54,500 nt of DNA from an uncultured Candidatus Saccharibacteria bacterium (GTDB lineage: Bacteria > Patescibacteriota > Saccharimonadia > Saccharimonadales > Saccharimonadaceae). The notes beneath the pieces were generated by a model. That model was given only the letters and a program-made list of their open reading frames with translations, did no database searches and had not been told where the DNA came from. The stretch covers positions 1 to 54,500 of the forward strand of contig CAZCZD010000001.1 of NCBI GenBank assembly GCA_964503305.1. The letters run 5' to 3'. Positions 1-9,387 of this stretch are shown here, piece by piece (position 1 is the first letter of the stretch; each line of letters starts with the position of its first letter). The position numbers and the translations under genes are program-made.

Positions 1-1335
1 ACGATTGCCAAGACGATAGGCTTCCTTAAGCGCCCAATATGTATATTTTACGCGATACTTCCATTCGAGTATTGGAACTTGGTCTTCCATCACTTTCATC
101 GTTTCCTCTTCGCTAGCTGGAGTAATGATGATTTTGTTCATGGCATTCGCAAGAGCAGGTTTTCTGCTCGAAATTTCGAGGAATCTTTGTTCATCGAGCG
201 ACAAAATCATGCGCAATCTTCCGGCTTCAATGACCGGCAAGAGCAAGTTTGAAATATCGACTGAGCCAACGCCAGTTTCAAAGAAAAGATGTGCGTTATT
301 CATGTAGAGAATAATGTTTTTTGCAGAATAAGCTTCGTTTAAAATTTGGGAGACGAGACGCTCAATATCGCCTTGTCCAGTCGTTCCGCCAATCAAAGCT
401 GCGGCGTCGAGTTTGAAAATTTGACGATATTTCAAGTTTCCTGGAATCTTTGAATTCGCATCGAGAAGTTGTTCCGCAAAAGCGTTCACGACTGCCGAGC
501 GACCACAACCATCCGGACCGATGAGTGCAATATTTTGACGGCCAGCATTGCTGAAAATTTCAGTCATTTGTTTGATGGCGTCGCGATGTTCAGAACGGAA
601 AAGCTGCGTCTTCATCGTCAAGCTTCTGGTCGCAGAAAGATTTTGACCATAGCGAGAAAGAAGCGGAGTGAAACCAAAAGTGAAGTCGCGAGCAATACCG
701 CCATAGCGGCGTTTTTTCTTCGAATCTTTGACGAGACCATGGAGATAATTATACCAAGTAATTCCCTCTTTCAAATCATCGACAGAAAGTCTCATGCGTG
801 CAAGGATTTCTTCATGATTTGGATGTGTGATAACGATTGCGATTGCCAAAATTCCACCAGAAATTTGCTCAGCTTTTATTTCTTTGGCAATTATTCTTGC
901 GTTTTCAAAAACTGGCTTAATATCTTCCGGCATGTCGGAAGCAATGCCAAGAAGCAAGTTTGGAATAATTCCAAAGCGAAGTGCTAAAAAGTTTCCTGAA
1001 CGAGTTTCGATAAGTTTTCCAGCGAGTTCTTTTGGCGTTGGATCTTTGTCCATGAGCGCAAGAGAGTTAGATGACAAAATGTCGTGAATTTCTTCAGTTT
1101 TTCCGAGCGGAACATGAAGAAGTAGCATTTTGATAATTGTCAGGGCGATAATTGCGACGACCGTCACGATAAAGAAAAGCCAGCCGAACGCATTTTTTTG
1201 AATGAGTAGCATAACTCCAAAAACAGTCGGGATAATTATTGAAAGCCACAAAAGTAAGAAAATAACAGGGGAATTTAGGCTATGGCCGAGTCGAGCATAC
1301 TTTGCGCGGAGTGATGTATATTTAAAATCGTTCAT
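1..1335 (-). CDS. Membrane-anchored ClpA/B-family AAA+ ATPase, N-terminal part (runs off the window start)
   Basis: Not in the ORF track; translated by hand from ATG 1335 (ATGA overlap with the upstream gene). MNDFKYTSLRAKYARLG, then two hydrophobic helices, then NIALIGPDGCGRS (Walker A-like) and IILYMNNAH (Walker B-like) in a ClpA/B D1-like context. Confidence 0.8.
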   Translation of the reverse strand, partial: MNDFKYTSLRAKYARLGHSLNSPVIFLLLWLSIIIPTVFGVMLLIQKNAFGWLFFIVTVVAIIALTIIKMLLLHVPLGKTEEIHDILSSNSLALMDKDPTPKELAGKLIETRSGNFLALRFGIIPNLLLGIASDMPEDIKPVFENARIIAKEIKAEQISGGILAIAIVITHPNHEEILARMRLSVDDLKEGITWYNYLHGLVKDSKKKRRYGGIARDFTFGFTPLLSRYGQNLSATRSLTMKTQLFRSEHRDAIKQMTEIFSNAGRQNIALIGPDGCGRSAVVNAFAEQLLDANSKIPGNLKYRQIFKLDAAALIGGTTGQGDIERLVSQILNEAYSAKNIILYMNNAHLFFETGVGSVDISNLLLPVIEAGRLRMILSLDEQRFLEISSRKPALANAMNKIIITPASEEETMKVMEDQVPILEWKYRVKYTYWALKEAYRLGNR

Positions 1336-1706
1336 AGTGTAACTCCCGCAAAGAATAGCACAATAAATACGACTGGAAGTAAAGGTAAAATCGGCCAGAC
1401 GAGAAGGCTTAAAATTGAGCCGACAAATTGAATTGTGATGACGACGATTCCACAAAGGACAATCATAATGCGCGCAACGCCACCAACCATACGCGAAACA
1501 AGACGATCAACGAATGCAAGTATTTTAGCATCAATTGAATCTCCAGTTTCGTTTGCGGAGATTTGGCGATATGGCGCAAAAAGGGTTTTTAAAAGACTTC
1601 CAATTGAAAAAAGATCGATTGTGTCGCCGAGTTTCGTCCAAAGTTTTGACGCAAAAAGTTTGTAGCCATCAAGATACCACCAAGAAATTAGACCACTTGC
1701 TAACAT
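1332..1706 (-). CDS. Conserved hypothetical membrane protein
   Basis: 124 aa with a hydrophobic C-terminal half and a 'SLLKTLFAPYRQI' motif; tightly coupled between folD and the Clp-like gene. Confidence 0.7.
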   Translation of the reverse strand: MLASGLISWWYLDGYKLFASKLWTKLGDTIDLFSIGSLLKTLFAPYRQISANETGDSIDAKILAFVDRLVSRMVGGVARIMIVLCGIVVITIQFVGSILSLLVWPILPLLPVVFIVLFFAGVTL

Positions 1707-1710
1707 ACTC

Positions 1711-2520
1711 TTATTTTATCACATCTTCGAATAAAACTGAAACCGTTAATGGTCCGACGCCACCGATTTTTGGCGTGACAAAAGCGAGGTCTTCACGGCT
1801 TCGAATTTCGTCGGAAATGTCGCCGACGAGATGGCCGCCTTCGCTTGCAGTGCCAGCATCAACAACGACTGCGCCAGGTTTTATCATCTCATTTGTGATG
1901 AGGTGTGGGTTTCCGGTTGCTGTGACGATAACATCAAAATCTTTAAGTTTCGAAAAATCCGAGCCACGATGAAAGACTTCAATATCATAATTTGAGTTTG
2001 TCCACATACGAATGAGCGGAGCACCAACGAGTTTTCCGCGACCAACAATTGCGATTTTTTTGTCTTTTAATTCGACGTTGTGTCCGGCGAGCAACCAGTT
2101 GATTGCAGTGGCGGTTGCAGAGTCAAAAACGCGTTCATCTTCGCGACCGTCATAGTTCGCGAGTCCATCAACATCTTTTTCTGGCGGAATTAAATTCACA
2201 ACTTCTTCTGTCCAATCCGTGTTAGTGAGCGGAAGCTGAACAATAATTCCAGAAACAGAATCATCTTCCGCGGTTTTCTTCACGGTTTCCTTCAAGCTTT
2301 CAAGACTTGGATTTTCGACATATTCGTCGATAACTTCGACGCCAATATCTTCGCCATAACGACATTTCAAATTCACGTATTTTGTGATGACTGGATTTTC
2401 CGAATCGCGAACAATGACGAGTTTTGGAAACTTTTTCTGTGAACGCAACATTTTTACGACATGAGCTTGGCGCGCCTTAATAAAGCCAGCGAGCTCGCGA
2501 CCATCAAGAATTTTTGTCAT
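1711..2520 (-). CDS. folD: Methylenetetrahydrofolate dehydrogenase/cyclohydrolase
   Basis: ILDGR N-terminus; GIIVQLP, PEKDVDGL, VVVDAG and TPKIGGVGPLTV motifs. Confidence 0.93.
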   Translation of the reverse strand: MTKILDGRELAGFIKARQAHVVKMLRSQKKFPKLVIVRDSENPVITKYVNLKCRYGEDIGVEVIDEYVENPSLESLKETVKKTAEDDSVSGIIVQLPLTNTDWTEEVVNLIPPEKDVDGLANYDGREDERVFDSATATAINWLLAGHNVELKDKKIAIVGRGKLVGAPLIRMWTNSNYDIEVFHRGSDFSKLKDFDVIVTATGNPHLITNEMIKPGAVVVDAGTASEGGHLVGDISDEIRSREDLAFVTPKIGGVGPLTVSVLFEDVIK

Positions 2521-3539
2521 TATTTTATATCTTCCTTTCCAATCACATTTGGTTCTGGTTCGAGTTTGAAACCAAATTTTTCTTCAACAATTTTTGAGAT
2601 TTCGGCGACGGCTTTTTGCATGTCGGCATAAGTTTTTCCGGATTCATTAATAAGAACGAGAGCGGCTTTGTCCGAAACTTTGAAGCCATAAAAATCTTTG
2701 CCTTTAAGTCCGGAATTTTCGAGAAGCCAACCGGTATTTACTTTTGTGCCATGATGCGGAATTCCGCGTTTGTCCAAGTCTTCGACTTCTTCGGGCATGA
2801 CATAAATATTTTTGAAGAAACTACCAGAACTAGCAATAAATTCTGGGTCTGGGAGTTTTGAATCGCGGACATTTCGAACGGCTTCAGCCAAGACAACTGG
2901 TTCACGCGAAGTGATTCCCTTCTCGTCTAAGTATCTTTGAAGGCTGTTATAAAGTTCACCTTTGATTTCGCCTTTTTCTAAAATAAATTCAACTTTGATA
3001 ATGAAATATTTTCCGCGTTCTTTGCCGTTAAAAATTGAGCGGCGATATGAGAAATTGGAGTCTTCTGCGAGAATCCATTTCAATTCTTTTGTTTCAAATT
3101 CTGCGACATAGATGCGCGAAATTGTGTCTTTTACTTCTTGGCCATAGGCACCAATATTTTGGACTGGAGCAGCACCAACGGTTCCAGGAATTCCAGCAAG
3201 GCATTCAACACCAGTGCAACCGAGTTCAATGGTCTTGTTGACGAAATCATCCCACTTCAAGCCACCGCCAACGGTGAATTTAACCTTTCCGCCTGGCAAT
3301 TCTTCGGTTTCTATTTTGTCATATTTATTAATGATAATTGCGCCATCAAAATCTTCGTCAGTTGCAAATGTGTTTGCGCCGGCGCCGAGAAAATAATATT
3401 TTTCGATTCCGAGTTCTTCGAGTTTTTCGCGAGCAGAAATAATGTCGAGTTCTTTTTCGAGTTCAAAAACATATCTCGCATTTCCACCAATGCGCATAGT
3501 TACCAAGTCAGAAATTGGTATATTTTCCCGGATTTTCAT
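2520..3539 (-). CDS. murB: UDP-N-acetylenolpyruvoylglucosamine reductase
   Basis: TMRIGG, GAGAN, LAGIPGTVGAAPVQNIGAYG, YRRSIF, SGSFFKN and LEPEP motifs. Confidence 0.95.
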   Translation of the reverse strand: MKIRENIPISDLVTMRIGGNARYVFELEKELDIISAREKLEELGIEKYYFLGAGANTFATDEDFDGAIIINKYDKIETEELPGGKVKFTVGGGLKWDDFVNKTIELGCTGVECLAGIPGTVGAAPVQNIGAYGQEVKDTISRIYVAEFETKELKWILAEDSNFSYRRSIFNGKERGKYFIIKVEFILEKGEIKGELYNSLQRYLDEKGITSREPVVLAEAVRNVRDSKLPDPEFIASSGSFFKNIYVMPEEVEDLDKRGIPHHGTKVNTGWLLENSGLKGKDFYGFKVSDKAALVLINESGKTYADMQKAVAEISKIVEEKFGFKLEPEPNVIGKEDIK

Positions 3540-3551
3540 ATATATATTATA

Positions 3552-4592
3552 TCATGCTAAGCCAGACATGACGACATATGTGTAGTATGCGGCGAAGATG
3601 ACGAGGAAAGTTGCGCCTTCAATACGAGAAATGTGGCGATCGTTGCGTGCGAAAATGAAGAGCAAAATTGCCGAAACGACTAAGGCGATAAGGTCGATTG
3701 GGCTGAATGTGATATTTGAGATACCACCAAGAAGTGCAACTGGAAGACCGGTGACGATGCCGATATTAAAGATGTTCGAGCCGACGACATTGCCGATTGC
3801 AATTTCGACTTCGCCTTTTTTCGTTGCAACAACAGACGTAACGAGTTCTGGAAGCGAGGTTCCGAGCGCAACGACCGTAAGTGCAATGAGTTTCGACGAG
3901 ACGCCGAGTATTGAAGCAACGCTTGATGCAGAATCAACAACGAAGTTTGAGCCAATGACAATTCCAGCAATGCCGAGCACAGTACAAAGCAAAGATTTCC
4001 AAAGCTTCATTGGCGGTTCGCGTTCGATAACTTTTTTCGCCTTTGTCTTCTTGCCAGTTCCCTCAATTATTTCGAGAGCTTCATCAACTTTTTTAAGTTC
4101 TTCGGCAGTCTTTTTTGCGCGATTCATTTGGACAAGATAGTAGATGAAGATGCAGAATGCGAGGACGACAACAAAACCGTCTTGGCGAGTAAAGCTTGGC
4201 GTGACTGAGCTATCGAAGAGGTTATCGAGCATTAAAGTCGCGAACATCAACGTCATTAAAATGACGATTGGAAGTTCTTTTTTCACAGTGTTGTGCTGAA
4301 CGACAAGCGGCTTAATCATTGACGCGACGCCAAGAATGAGCAAAATATTCAAGATGTTCGAGCCAATGACGTTACCGAGAAGCATATCGGTATTACCGGA
4401 AAGAAGCGACTTCACGGAAACGGCAAATTCAGGCGCACTTGTTCCGAATGCTACAATCGTGAGACCGATGAGCATTTTTGGAACTTTGAAATTTTCGGCC
4501 GTCGAGGACGCGCCGTCAACAAAGATGTCTGCACCTTTAATTAAGATGACGAATCCGACGACGAGAAGAATAATTTGTAGTACGATTTCCAT
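3552..4592 (-). CDS. Calcium/sodium antiporter (YrbG-like, CaCA family)
   Basis: Two alpha-repeats, GTSAPE...GNVIGSNILN and GTSLPE...GNVVGSNIFN; about 10 TM segments. Confidence 0.92.
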   Translation of the reverse strand: MEIVLQIILLVVGFVILIKGADIFVDGASSTAENFKVPKMLIGLTIVAFGTSAPEFAVSVKSLLSGNTDMLLGNVIGSNILNILLILGVASMIKPLVVQHNTVKKELPIVILMTLMFATLMLDNLFDSSVTPSFTRQDGFVVVLAFCIFIYYLVQMNRAKKTAEELKKVDEALEIIEGTGKKTKAKKVIEREPPMKLWKSLLCTVLGIAGIVIGSNFVVDSASSVASILGVSSKLIALTVVALGTSLPELVTSVVATKKGEVEIAIGNVVGSNIFNIGIVTGLPVALLGGISNITFSPIDLIALVVSAILLFIFARNDRHISRIEGATFLVIFAAYYTYVVMSGLA

Positions 4593-4600
4593 CTATCCTC

Positions 4601-7600
4601 CTAACTTGGAAGCCAAATTCCGGAATCGGTTTGGCGACCACCACCTTTATTTGCTTGATCAATTGCGCGTTCAACTTCTGGGTTTACACGGCCTTGTTCA
4701 GCGGCGCGTGCGCGAGTTGCATCAGAGATTTGAGTTGCGCGGACGGTTGCGGTATTTGCACCAGCCGAGCGAGCAGCTTCAGTTTGAGCTGGAGGCGTTA
4801 CTGTTTGAGTTGCAGATGGGGTTGAAGTTGAAGGGGTTTGATGAATCTTACCACTATCACCCTCCAGTTTTGAGACATTCGGGACTGGTTGGCCACCAGC
4901 TTTTGCAATTGCTTCGAGGCGAGACCTGTTATCCACAGAGATATCGCCAGCAATACGGTCATCATTAAGGGCTTGTGAAGCAAGAGATGCAAGTTGTTGA
5001 CGACTTGATTCGTTCATGTAATCTGCAAATCCGCTACCATCGGAATTGAGATATTTATCAAGTTGGGTTTTATCAAGTTTAGCCATCTTAGCTGCATTGA
5101 GGCTTCCGATACCTTCGTTATTGAATTGTTCGTAAGCTCTTCCACCAAGAGAGCCGCTTGGTGCACCAACGAGTGAAGATTCGAAGAGTGATGGCATCAT
5201 ATCTGCAATTTCTGGGTGGCTATTCTTAATATTGTTAGAGAAAGCTTTAATTGCAGAGCTTGAAACCTTACCACTCTCAAGCGCCTTAGAGTATGCACTG
5301 TCGACCTTGCGGAGACCTTTCTTACCGTTGCCGAGCAATTTGTTTGTAAGTGCATTGATTTTAACATCATCAGCATTTTCTTTAGTCAACTCATTTACAA
5401 GCTCAGTCTCGAGTGCTTTGATGTCGTTCTGGCCGATAGTGTTGCCATCCGCACCAACGTATTCGCCGTTCGTGATGAGTGATTCGTAGTCTTTAACAGC
5501 TTTGCTAAATGAATCACCGGCAATTGAGGCATTACGTGCGTCATAACCGCCACTTTCAAGACGTTGTCTTTCGGCAACCGCATTAGCAGCTTGGCCGTAG
5601 GCAGTTTCGCGAGAGTTTGCGACACGATTTTGGTTTGTGCGAGCAATCGAAGCCATACGACCACGACTTGCGATAGTGTGATTTGCAAGCCATGCACGCT
5701 TTGTTCCTTTTCCTTCACCATTAGCCCAGTTTGCAGCTTTCATCGAAAGCTTATCGATTCCACGACGAGTAAGCGCATTGTCGCGTGAGCGACCACGAAT
5801 TCCACGGACAGCTTCAGTATTATTGAGATTTTGAACGCGTCTACCAGCATTCTGGCCAAGACCGCGGAGACGTTCGCCGATATTTCCGGCCATAGCGAGA
5901 GATTTTCTGGTCAAGCTTGGAACAAGGAAGTATGGCGCGACACAGAGAATACCTGCGGTAATACTCATAATGAGATCAGCATTGCTTGTATAAATCATGC
6001 GTGCGACAAAGTAACCAGCGCCAATAAGACCGCCCACAATTGGATAGACCATGAGGATTTGTTTAAAGAAATCTTTCCATTTCCTAAATACAGCTTCTGT
6101 ATTCGGTAAGAGCGTACAAGCAAATGCAATCGGAGAAACAATTACGAGAATCACGACGAAAGCTTGGCGAAGACCAAGGACAATAAGAGCGAAGATAATT
6201 GAAATAACCATGACGAGAAGGAAGAGAAGAATCGGGATAATAATCGCCCAACCGTTCATCAAAATTGTGCCGATGACAATACCAGAGGTCCCGGCAATGG
6301 CAATGACCGCAACAACATTAACGATAATTTCAATCGTACCGTCAACTGGAGAGGTTGCGGAAAGGACTGAGCTTGATGGCGCAATCGCAATAAAGAGGTC
6401 TTGGAGCGCTTTACCAAGGATATTCGAAATATCAACTGCGACCGCACAAATCAAGAAGGAAATGTTAACGAGAATTGCCGTCACAATCACTTTTGGAAGC
6501 ATCTTCTTAATACCATAGTTGTCGATGCCGAAGCCGGTAAGTTGCGAGAAGATGATGAAGAGGAAGAGGATAACGAAGATGATGTTTGCAATGCCACGGA
6601 AGGTATTCCAAGCCTTAAACATCTCACCACCACCAGAGTTTCCTTGTTGGATTTGGCTGATGACAGTGTCGTTCACGCGAATCATTGGTTCAACTTGTTG
6701 GTAAATGCCCTTTGAGACTTCTTCGAGACCGAAGACCATTGGACAAATAATCCAGCCGAGCGATTTTGCTTGGCGATAACATGCCTCTTCGAGTTTTTCA
6801 GATTCACTCTTTTCACCACCATCTGGATTATCTGGGTGCTCTGGGTCAGTTGGAACTGGTTCTGGATCTTTTGCATCAACGTTAGCATATTTATCTTCAT
6901 CCATGTATTGATAACTGCTCTCATTATTGAACCAAGTTAAGATATCTTCGAATTTACCTTCTTGGAGATAAATTGAACCAACGGTTGCAACATATTCATT
7001 TAAGACAGATTGTTCTGCAGGTGGAATATTAATAATACACCAGTTATCTTTTGTACCTTTAAATGCGTATGCAGCCTCAGAAGGTCTCTCGGTGCTACAT
7101 GGACCAATCTTGATGCCAGAATGTTCCTTTGCAGCATTTAAGAGGTAGTTATAGTAAAGGCTGTAAATGTGGTTTGCGTCCCACCATGCGGATGCGGTAT
7201 GGACTGATTGACCGTCGGCATGTAATTCGCCATTGAGGACAGGAACGCCACCGATATTCATGTTTGCGAGCATTACTTCAGCAGCACTCTGACCGCCGAC
7301 TGGTTTATACACAGACTTCACGTTCTTTTCGTCGGTTGAAGTTGTCGAAACAGTTTTCACCGTCATATCAACTTTCGGGTTACTGTAAACTCCACCAACA
7401 CTATCTGGAGTTGAGCCATATTGCGCAAATGCGGCAATAAAATCAGTTTTAATCGCTTCGACTAATTTTCCTGTTGCATCAGTGATAGTATCTCCAGTTG
7501 GAGACCAGGTTAAGCTTTCGAGGTTTTCTGGAAGCCATGAAAGAGAAATACTACTTGTGTCATAATTCAAGAATGGATAGTTGCTGCCGCTGCTATATTC

Positions 7601-8266
7601 GATGCTGAAAATATTTTTTCCTTCATAAGAAGCACCGAGTTTACCGACAATTTCAAGGTCCCATTCATAGTGATCACTGCTAAACCATCCGCCTTTAACG
7701 AACTCTCTGGTACCGGAAATGGTAATAGTATTATCAGTGATTGTGGTAGGGATACTGTTTGCGCCAGTCTCATCTTTGATGGAGTTAAGTGTGATTGTCA
7801 TCTGTGCACTATCTGGATCATCCGGAGCGTTATTGTGGTCAAAATAGTAGCCCATACCATTCAATGTATTTGGAATAGTGTAATAGCTCTTGACGCCAGT
7901 AGAACTACCGCCACCGCCGCTATATCCATTGAAGGTTTCGCTACAGGTCAAACCTTTGTCTTTAATAGTGTTACCAACATTTGTTGGGAGTAATACCCAG
8001 TCATCTTTACTTCCCCAGTTTCCGCCAGTATTAAAGACTGAGCTCCATTGAGTGAAGTCGCCATATTCAATTTCGCTTTTTAGATATTCACGGTAACAGC
8101 GTTTTGCACCTTGAAGAATCGCAATTTTTTGAAGCGAATCTGTACTTTCAACAGTAGCAAAAGTTTCTCCGGAAACGCCAAAAACACTCAAAAATGTTGA
8201 GAATAAAATCACAAGGAGGCTGATTTTTACTTTATTTTTTCGGAAGTCTATCATTTTATTGTCCAC
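4601..8266 (-). CDS. Large VirB6/TrbL-like membrane protein with an extracellular N-terminal domain
   Basis: 1221 aa. Signal-like N-terminus, soluble domain, Pro-rich linker, LGWIICP, then WNTFRGIANI...IDNYGIKKMLPK...VNISF and a multi-TM block, ending in a low-complexity tail. Confidence 0.7.
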   Translation of the reverse strand: MDNKMIDFRKNKVKISLLVILFSTFLSVFGVSGETFATVESTDSLQKIAILQGAKRCYREYLKSEIEYGDFTQWSSVFNTGGNWGSKDDWVLLPTNVGNTIKDKGLTCSETFNGYSGGGGSSTGVKSYYTIPNTLNGMGYYFDHNNAPDDPDSAQMTITLNSIKDETGANSIPTTITDNTITISGTREFVKGGWFSSDHYEWDLEIVGKLGASYEGKNIFSIEYSSGSNYPFLNYDTSSISLSWLPENLESLTWSPTGDTITDATGKLVEAIKTDFIAAFAQYGSTPDSVGGVYSNPKVDMTVKTVSTTSTDEKNVKSVYKPVGGQSAAEVMLANMNIGGVPVLNGELHADGQSVHTASAWWDANHIYSLYYNYLLNAAKEHSGIKIGPCSTERPSEAAYAFKGTKDNWCIINIPPAEQSVLNEYVATVGSIYLQEGKFEDILTWFNNESSYQYMDEDKYANVDAKDPEPVPTDPEHPDNPDGGEKSESEKLEEACYRQAKSLGWIICPMVFGLEEVSKGIYQQVEPMIRVNDTVISQIQQGNSGGGEMFKAWNTFRGIANIIFVILFLFIIFSQLTGFGIDNYGIKKMLPKVIVTAILVNISFLICAVAVDISNILGKALQDLFIAIAPSSSVLSATSPVDGTIEIIVNVVAVIAIAGTSGIVIGTILMNGWAIIIPILLFLLVMVISIIFALIVLGLRQAFVVILVIVSPIAFACTLLPNTEAVFRKWKDFFKQILMVYPIVGGLIGAGYFVARMIYTSNADLIMSITAGILCVAPYFLVPSLTRKSLAMAGNIGERLRGLGQNAGRRVQNLNNTEAVRGIRGRSRDNALTRRGIDKLSMKAANWANGEGKGTKRAWLANHTIASRGRMASIARTNQNRVANSRETAYGQAANAVAERQRLESGGYDARNASIAGDSFSKAVKDYESLITNGEYVGADGNTIGQNDIKALETELVNELTKENADDVKINALTNKLLGNGKKGLRKVDSAYSKALESGKVSSSAIKAFSNNIKNSHPEIADMMPSLFESSLVGAPSGSLGGRAYEQFNNEGIGSLNAAKMAKLDKTQLDKYLNSDGSGFADYMNESSRQQLASLASQALNDDRIAGDISVDNRSRLEAIAKAGGQPVPNVSKLEGDSGKIHQTPSTSTPSATQTVTPPAQTEAARSAGANTATVRATQISDATRARAAEQGRVNPEVERAIDQANKGGGRQTDSGIWLPS

Positions 8267-9269
8267 CTATTGATTTTACTAATGTTATTATCTCTTTATT
8301 CAAGATTTTAATCATACTATCAGATGACATATGGCGGAAATTGTGCGCCGTTGCTGAATCTGCAAGGTCGATACTTGAAATAAGCTCTGCATTATTTGTC
8401 CTCATAATACACTCGAAGTCTCCGCCGGTATTTTCATTATAACAATTTGCAGATGCATATAGAGCATTTTCGGAAACGCTATTTTCATAGAAACCTAGTT
8501 GGGCTTTCAATATTAAATTATATTGTTCGCTACCAAGGTCTTTATCGAAACGATCTCTTAGGTACTCCTTAGCTGCGGCTTCACTCTTCTTGTATTCAGC
8601 CATAATATCTCTCTGAATCTTCAAGTAATTTACGTTGTTTTCAAGAAGAAGAATTGCTTTTCCAAGTTTTTCAACATCTCCAGCTTTGTCGGAGTTTGAT
8701 GGCTCAGTTTTTAGTGCATTGTATTTATTATTGAGTTCGACGAAGTAATGTTCAATGTTTTCATCTTTCTTAGTTGTGTAAGTTGAAACATTATAGAAAT
8801 CCAATGGATAAATAACTTTATCACCATCTACCGAGAAATCAGCGATAGTTAGTTCGGTGCCATTGCTTTTTGTGGTGGTTGCAACTTTGCCGTCACCATT
8901 AAGCAACCATTTTGCAAAATCGTTAGCTTTTTCAGTACTAGTGTTTCCCATAATTCCGCCGATTCCGCCATTTTTAGCTAAGAATCCGATTGCAAAAGTG
9001 AGAATTGTGACAATTGCAAGCACAATAATGATATAAAATTTCTTATCTTTTGGCTCTTTTTCAGCCGGTGCAAGAATAATATCGCCGCCTTGAACTTCAA
9101 TATTTTCTCGGTTTTCCGCTTCAACAATGCGGTTCAATTCCTCTGCTGCAGAGAGGTCTCTCGCTGGGCGCATACCAAGGCGATTGCCTGAAGTAAATTG
9201 CGCACGAGGATTAGGTGTTACTGGAGCCGTCCCACCATTAAAATTATTTGTTTCTTCGTCATGACCCAT
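8256..9269 (-). CDS. Hypothetical single-pass membrane protein
   Basis: 337 aa with one TM (~aa 78-97); TGGTATAAT 9 nt upstream of the ATG; overlaps the start of the VirB6-like gene. Confidence 0.75.
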   Translation of the reverse strand: MGHDEETNNFNGGTAPVTPNPRAQFTSGNRLGMRPARDLSAAEELNRIVEAENRENIEVQGGDIILAPAEKEPKDKKFYIIIVLAIVTILTFAIGFLAKNGGIGGIMGNTSTEKANDFAKWLLNGDGKVATTTKSNGTELTIADFSVDGDKVIYPLDFYNVSTYTTKKDENIEHYFVELNNKYNALKTEPSNSDKAGDVEKLGKAILLLENNVNYLKIQRDIMAEYKKSEAAAKEYLRDRFDKDLGSEQYNLILKAQLGFYENSVSENALYASANCYNENTGGDFECIMRTNNAELISSIDLADSATAHNFRHMSSDSMIKILNKEIITLVKSIGGQ

Positions 9270-9333
9270 GGTGTCTTAATTATACCATAAGCGTCTTGCA
9301 TTCTGCAAGACGCTTTCCGACGGGCGTCGCCTC

Positions 9334-9362
9334 TAAAAAACGAGCCTTTGGCTCGTTTTTTA
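9334..9362 (-). terminator. Intrinsic terminator after pgi (bidirectional type)
   Basis: TAAAAAACGAGCC-TTT-GGCTCGTTTTTTA, a perfect 13-bp stem. Confidence 0.75.
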
Positions 9363-9387
9363 TCCGGCTCCTACGTCGGTAAGCATT

